A stretch of 64,000 nt of DNA from an uncultured delta proteobacterium. Lineage in GTDB: Bacteria; Desulfobacterota; Desulfobulbia; Desulfobulbales; JAGXFP01. Both the position numbers and the translations under genes were made by a program. The notes below the pieces were generated by a model. That model worked only from the letters and a program-made list of their open reading frames with translations, searched no databases and was not told the origin of the DNA. The DNA lies in contig CAWEAD010000011.1 in assembly GCA_963807225.1 (NCBI GenBank), positions 31,749 to 95,748 on the forward strand. The letters run 5' to 3'. Below, piece after piece: positions 60,281 to 64,000 of this stretch (within the stretch, counting starts at the first letter, position 1; every line of letters starts with the position of its first letter).

Positions 60281-60618
60281 GGAGTCGGCGCGGAGTGCTC
60301 ACTGTCCACCGAATCTGCTTCTTTATCGGTCTATTCGCGTAACCAGGTAAGCTCATAGGCCGATGCCTCTAATCTCCGTATCCCTGCGATCTCTTACAAG
60401 CCCTGCGTTTGTTTTCGCTTCCGGCGTTTACCCCTTGAGAGCTTGGGTCTGCGCAGGAAGTCGCTGCCTAAAATATTTAGTGCCACTCCGCTATTTCGCT
60501 CTTTCGTTTGGAAACTAGAGTGTCACTAAAATTCAAGGCAATCAGCTTGGTCCGCCCCCGCTTTTTGACCGACCAAGAATAAAGATTCTTTCCCCCCACC
60601 CTCAAATCTGAAAACAAG

Positions 60619-60650
60619 AAAAGGCAGGCAATACCTGCCCTGCCTTTTTT
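60619..60650. terminator. Terminator-like hairpin between convergent genes
   Basis: aaaaggcagg..cctgcctttt followed by T's. Confidence 0.6.
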
Positions 60651-60727
60651 GAGGCGCTCAAATTATTAGATTAATTTGTAGCGTCATTTCCAGTCAATTC
60701 CGGAACTCGAGCAACCCTCGGTTCGGT

Positions 60728-61327
60728 TCAGAACAGCGGCAGACCCGGACCGGTGGCCATCAGCACCATGAGCTGGCCGGCCGTCTGGACCCCGGAGGCC
60801 AGAACGTGGCCATTGGCCGCAAATGAAGGCACGCCCCTGATCCCCAGTCTCCGAGCTTCCTCTTCGTCCTTCAGCACTTCGTCGCTGAACCGGTGGCTGT
60901 CAAGGGCTTGGGCCAGGGCCGGCGGATCGAGCCCTATTTCCCCGGCGAGATCCATCAGGACCAGTTGATCGCCAATGTCTCGGCCCAACTCGAAAAAGGC
61001 CCGAAACAGCACCAGGTGGTATTCGACCAACCGACCATGGCTACCGGCCCACTTGGCCGCCTCGTGAGCCAGCCGGGAACGGGGTTGGACCGTCGGCATT
61101 TTCATGGGCACATTCAATTTGGCGGCCAGCGGCAAGACATGCTCCCGCCAGGCACGGGTGAGGTATTCGCCGCGCGGGTCGAGCATTTCCACCGGTTCCG
61201 GACGCAGCTCGAAAGCCCGCCTCCTGATGGTCAGATTATGGTCTTTTACCGCCAGTTCCGCCAGGGCCGGCTCCGCCAGCCAACAGAAAGGTCAAAGATA
61301 ATCGGAAAAAACATCGAGGGTGTTCAT
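60728..61327 (-). CDS. DsbA/FrnE-family selenoprotein with UxxC, UGA at 61294-61292, 199 aa
   Basis: MNTLDVFSDYL-U-PFCWLAE..RAFELRP is in frame with ORF 60728-61192 (SRLAHE, GIRGVPSF); RBS ggagg; hairpin GGCTGGC-GGA-GCCGGCC 61281-61265. Confidence 0.92.
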
Positions 61328-61652
61328 GGTTCTAGCCTCCGCAGTAGAATAAAAATGAACGGAACTCTTAATTCATCTTACTCCCCTCGCTCCGACAAAT
61401 TCCAGCTTTGCAGGGGCGTGAAACACACTCCTGAGCCGTAGCACCGTTTAAAACCAATTTTATCGATAAAAACGACCACTCCGGACCCTGAAACTTGCTA
61501 TTATTTGTACATAGAGCGGATCAATTCACGACGCCAATCTGATCCGGCTCCGGAAAACCGGGAGATTTCTCCGGCAAATTCCAGGAAATAACCGGCTGCA
61601 ATCGATGGCGGCGGAAGTTGTCGGCAGCCCTCTTCGCAATCAAGGAGGCAAG

Positions 61653-61964
61653 ATGAAAAGGACAATGATTTTATCGCTGATCATGGCCGCGCTATTGTCG
61701 GCCTGTGTCGTGGTGCCGGGCGGGCGAGGCGGACGCGGCGCGGTGGTGGTCCCATTCCTCCCGCCGGTAGTGGTCCTGGGCGAGGAACCGTACTACTCCC
61801 ACAGCGGCTTTTACTATCATTACTCGAACAACAACTGGTACTACTCCCGGTCAAGGAGTGGGCCCTGGAGCGACCTGCCACGCGACCACTACCCCAAAGA
61901 GGTCAGGCACCAGGGCAGAGAGAGACGGGAGGAAAGGGGTAGAGACCACGACGACCGGCGCTGA
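61653..61964 (+). CDS. Small lipoprotein, paralog of 57249-57641
   Basis: Lipobox LLSAC; LPPVVVLGEEPYY..GPWSDLPRDHYPKEV; ends HDDRR. Confidence 0.8.
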   Translation: MKRTMILSLIMAALLSACVVVPGGRGGRGAVVVPFLPPVVVLGEEPYYSHSGFYYHYSNNNWYYSRSRSGPWSDLPRDHYPKEVRHQGRERREERGRDHDDRR

Positions 61965-62325
61965 ATGCCTTCCGAATAGGGCCGGAAACTGACCCCAGGC
62001 CCCCAGGGCCGAGAGAGCCCGACATTTCCGGCAGCTCTCCTCGGCCACAAAGGCAAGCTGATCCGGGGGGTGATATCCCGAGTCAGTGGAATGCCGATTA
62101 AAGGGACGAATGCTACTGCTGGTCATAGAACAGCGGCAGAACTGGCAATAGTGCCCATTTGTCAAGCCTGGCCCTGGCCTAGGCTACCCCGGCGACTACA
62201 TCTTCCCTGCAGGTATAATCTTCAATTTCGGGGCCGGCCGGTTATCCTGAAGATATTCTTGCCCGCGCCCCAGGGGGTTTTCCACCAGGGGTGGATCAAG
62301 TCGGTAATATATCCCCCGGAGGCAG

Positions 62326-64000
62326 CTAGCCTAATGCCCCCCGGAGCATGGCCGCCACTGTCTTCAGCTGGTAGGGTTTCTGAATGAAACCGACCAGCCC
62401 CTGACCGCTGAAACGTTCGTTGATCTCATGCTCGTTATAACCGCTCGACAAGAAGACCCTGGCGTCGGGCTGGAGGCGGCGCATTTCCCGGAAGGTCTCA
62501 TGCCCGTCCATATGCGGCATGGTCAGGTCCAGAATCACGGCATCGATTTCCGCCCGTTGCCGTTTAAAGACTTCCAGCCCCTCCCTGCCGTCGGTCGCGG
62601 TCAGGACCTTGAAGCCCAGATATTCCAGCATCTCCTTGCCGGTCTCCAGGACCACGTCTTCATCATCCACCAGGAGAATTGTCCCCGCTCCCCGCCATTC
62701 TTGGTCATCAAAGTTACCCTCCAGGCTCTTTTCGGCGACAACCTCCTCGATCGCCGGAAACAGGAGCTTAAAGCTGCTGCCCCGGCCCAATTTGCTGTTG
62801 ACCTTGATCCCGCCCTTATGCCCGCGGATTATCCCCAGCACGGCGGAGAGCCCCAGCCCGCGCCCGGTAAACTTGGTGGTAAAAAAGGGATCGAACAACT
62901 TGGCCTTGGTCTCCTCGTCCATGCCGCAGCCGGTGTCGGAAATCTCCAGCCAGACATAAAGCCCGGCCGGCAGATTTTCATCGATGTAGTAGATATCCTT
63001 CAGATAAGCCTGATCGCATTGCATGGCCCCGGTGGAGATGGTGATCGTGCCGCTCATCTCGCCGAGCGACTCCGAGGCGTTGACCACCAGGTTCATGAGA
63101 ATCTGCCGGAGCTGGGTGCCGTCGGCGTTCACGGAAGGGAGATCTTCGGCCAGATGGTATTTGAGTAAGGCCTTTTTGGAAATCGACACCTCAAACATAT
63201 GGTTCATTTCCAGCACTACATCATTCAGATTAAGGGCCTGGATGACGAATTTCCCCCGGCCGGAATAGGCCAGCATCTGCTGACAGAGTTCGGCGGCCCG
63301 CTTCGTCGCCACCTTGATCGAATTGATATTGCGGTAGGCCGGTGAAATCTCCGAGAGTTTCAGCTGGGCCAGGTCGGCATTGCCCATAATCCCCATGAGC
63401 AGATTGTTGAAATCGTGGGCGATGCCGCCGGCCAACACCCCCAGGCTTTCAAGCTTCTGAACGTGCTGAAGCTGCTTTTCGATCTCCATTTTTTCCTCTT
63501 CCAGGCGGTGCCGTTCGACCTCGGCCGTCGCCCGGGCGGCGAAAATATCCATGACCTCTTCAATCCTGGGCGGCGGCGACAGCTTATGGCGGGAGATGGC
63601 GCAGAGGATGCCGATCACGTTCCCCGACTCGCCCTTCAGGGGAACGCCGGCATAGCCGTCGGCGCCGAGGTCGGCCAGCATGGCATCTTCGGGAAAACGG
63701 CCGGCCACCCCGGAGCGGTAAAGGGTAAAGTCATTTTCAGCGGAAACGCCGAACAGGCTCCCGGCCAATTGCGGCATGTAATCCCGGACCATCTTGCCGT
63801 CGATCTGCATGGCCAGCGGCATCACGCCCCCGGATTCGTAGTCGAATCGACCGAGCAGGGCGACCTCGCAGTCCAGCCATGCGGCCAGCTGACTGACGAT
63901 CCGATCATAAAGCTCCTGGCCGATACTGCCGACGGTCCCCTCGACCAGGGCATGGAAAACCTTTTCCGACTGGACCTCGCGGCTGATGTCTTCGACCACC
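62326..64000 (-). CDS. Hybrid sensor histidine kinase/response regulator, 5' end outside the window
   Basis: GAF, LAGGIAHDFNNLL, MNLVVNASE, DTGCGM, FFTTKFTGRGLGL, receiver LLVDDE..LDLTMP..KP. Confidence 0.95.
   Translation of the reverse strand, partial: VVEDISREVQSEKVFHALVEGTVGSIGQELYDRIVSQLAAWLDCEVALLGRFDYESGGVMPLAMQIDGKMVRDYMPQLAGSLFGVSAENDFTLYRSGVAGRFPEDAMLADLGADGYAGVPLKGESGNVIGILCAISRHKLSPPPRIEEVMDIFAARATAEVERHRLEEEKMEIEKQLQHVQKLESLGVLAGGIAHDFNNLLMGIMGNADLAQLKLSEISPAYRNINSIKVATKRAAELCQQMLAYSGRGKFVIQALNLNDVVLEMNHMFEVSISKKALLKYHLAEDLPSVNADGTQLRQILMNLVVNASESLGEMSGTITISTGAMQCDQAYLKDIYYIDENLPAGLYVWLEISDTGCGMDEETKAKLFDPFFTTKFTGRGLGLSAVLGIIRGHKGGIKVNSKLGRGSSFKLLFPAIEEVVAEKSLEGNFDDQEWRGAGTILLVDDEDVVLETGKEMLEYLGFKVLTATDGREGLEVFKRQRAEIDAVILDLTMPHMDGHETFREMRRLQPDARVFLSSGYNEHEINERFSGQGLVGFIQKPYQLKTVAAMLRGALG

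Overview
GC-rich bacterial chromosome segment. Gene content and style suggest Desulfobacterota, probably Desulfobulbia-like (inference). Housekeeping and metabolic genes include uppP (partial), an hcp cluster with an HcpR-type site, plsY, ppiD-like, polA, sfsA, queC, nagZ, an M16 peptidase, an RND pump, an orphan PilB/GspE ATPase and a hybrid kinase. Four features stand out. (1) Hidden UGA-recoded selenoproteins that the ORF track truncates or misses: a rhodanese with CxU, a DUF2892/YgaP-like membrane protein with U at the conserved Cys, a DsbA/FrnE protein with UxxC, and a candidate periplasmic monoheme cytochrome c ending G-C-U-N. Each has a SECIS-like hairpin at the expected distance. (2) A divergent metal-uptake hub, nikR-nosL-nosL-oprC-tonB-exbD-exbB <> nikMN-Q-O, with two NikR-type operators and a frameshifted nikR C-terminus. 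(3) A decaying, mostly AT-rich island (about 35.5-41.7 kb) with attC-like sites, pseudogenes, a GIY-YIG nuclease and a toxin-antitoxin pair, resembling an integron cassette array without integrase. (4) A 1016-aa AsmA-like protein built from 528-nt tandem units, and a trio of related small secreted/lipoproteins. All calls were made by eye from motifs; no database search was run. No rRNA, tRNA or CRISPR array was seen.
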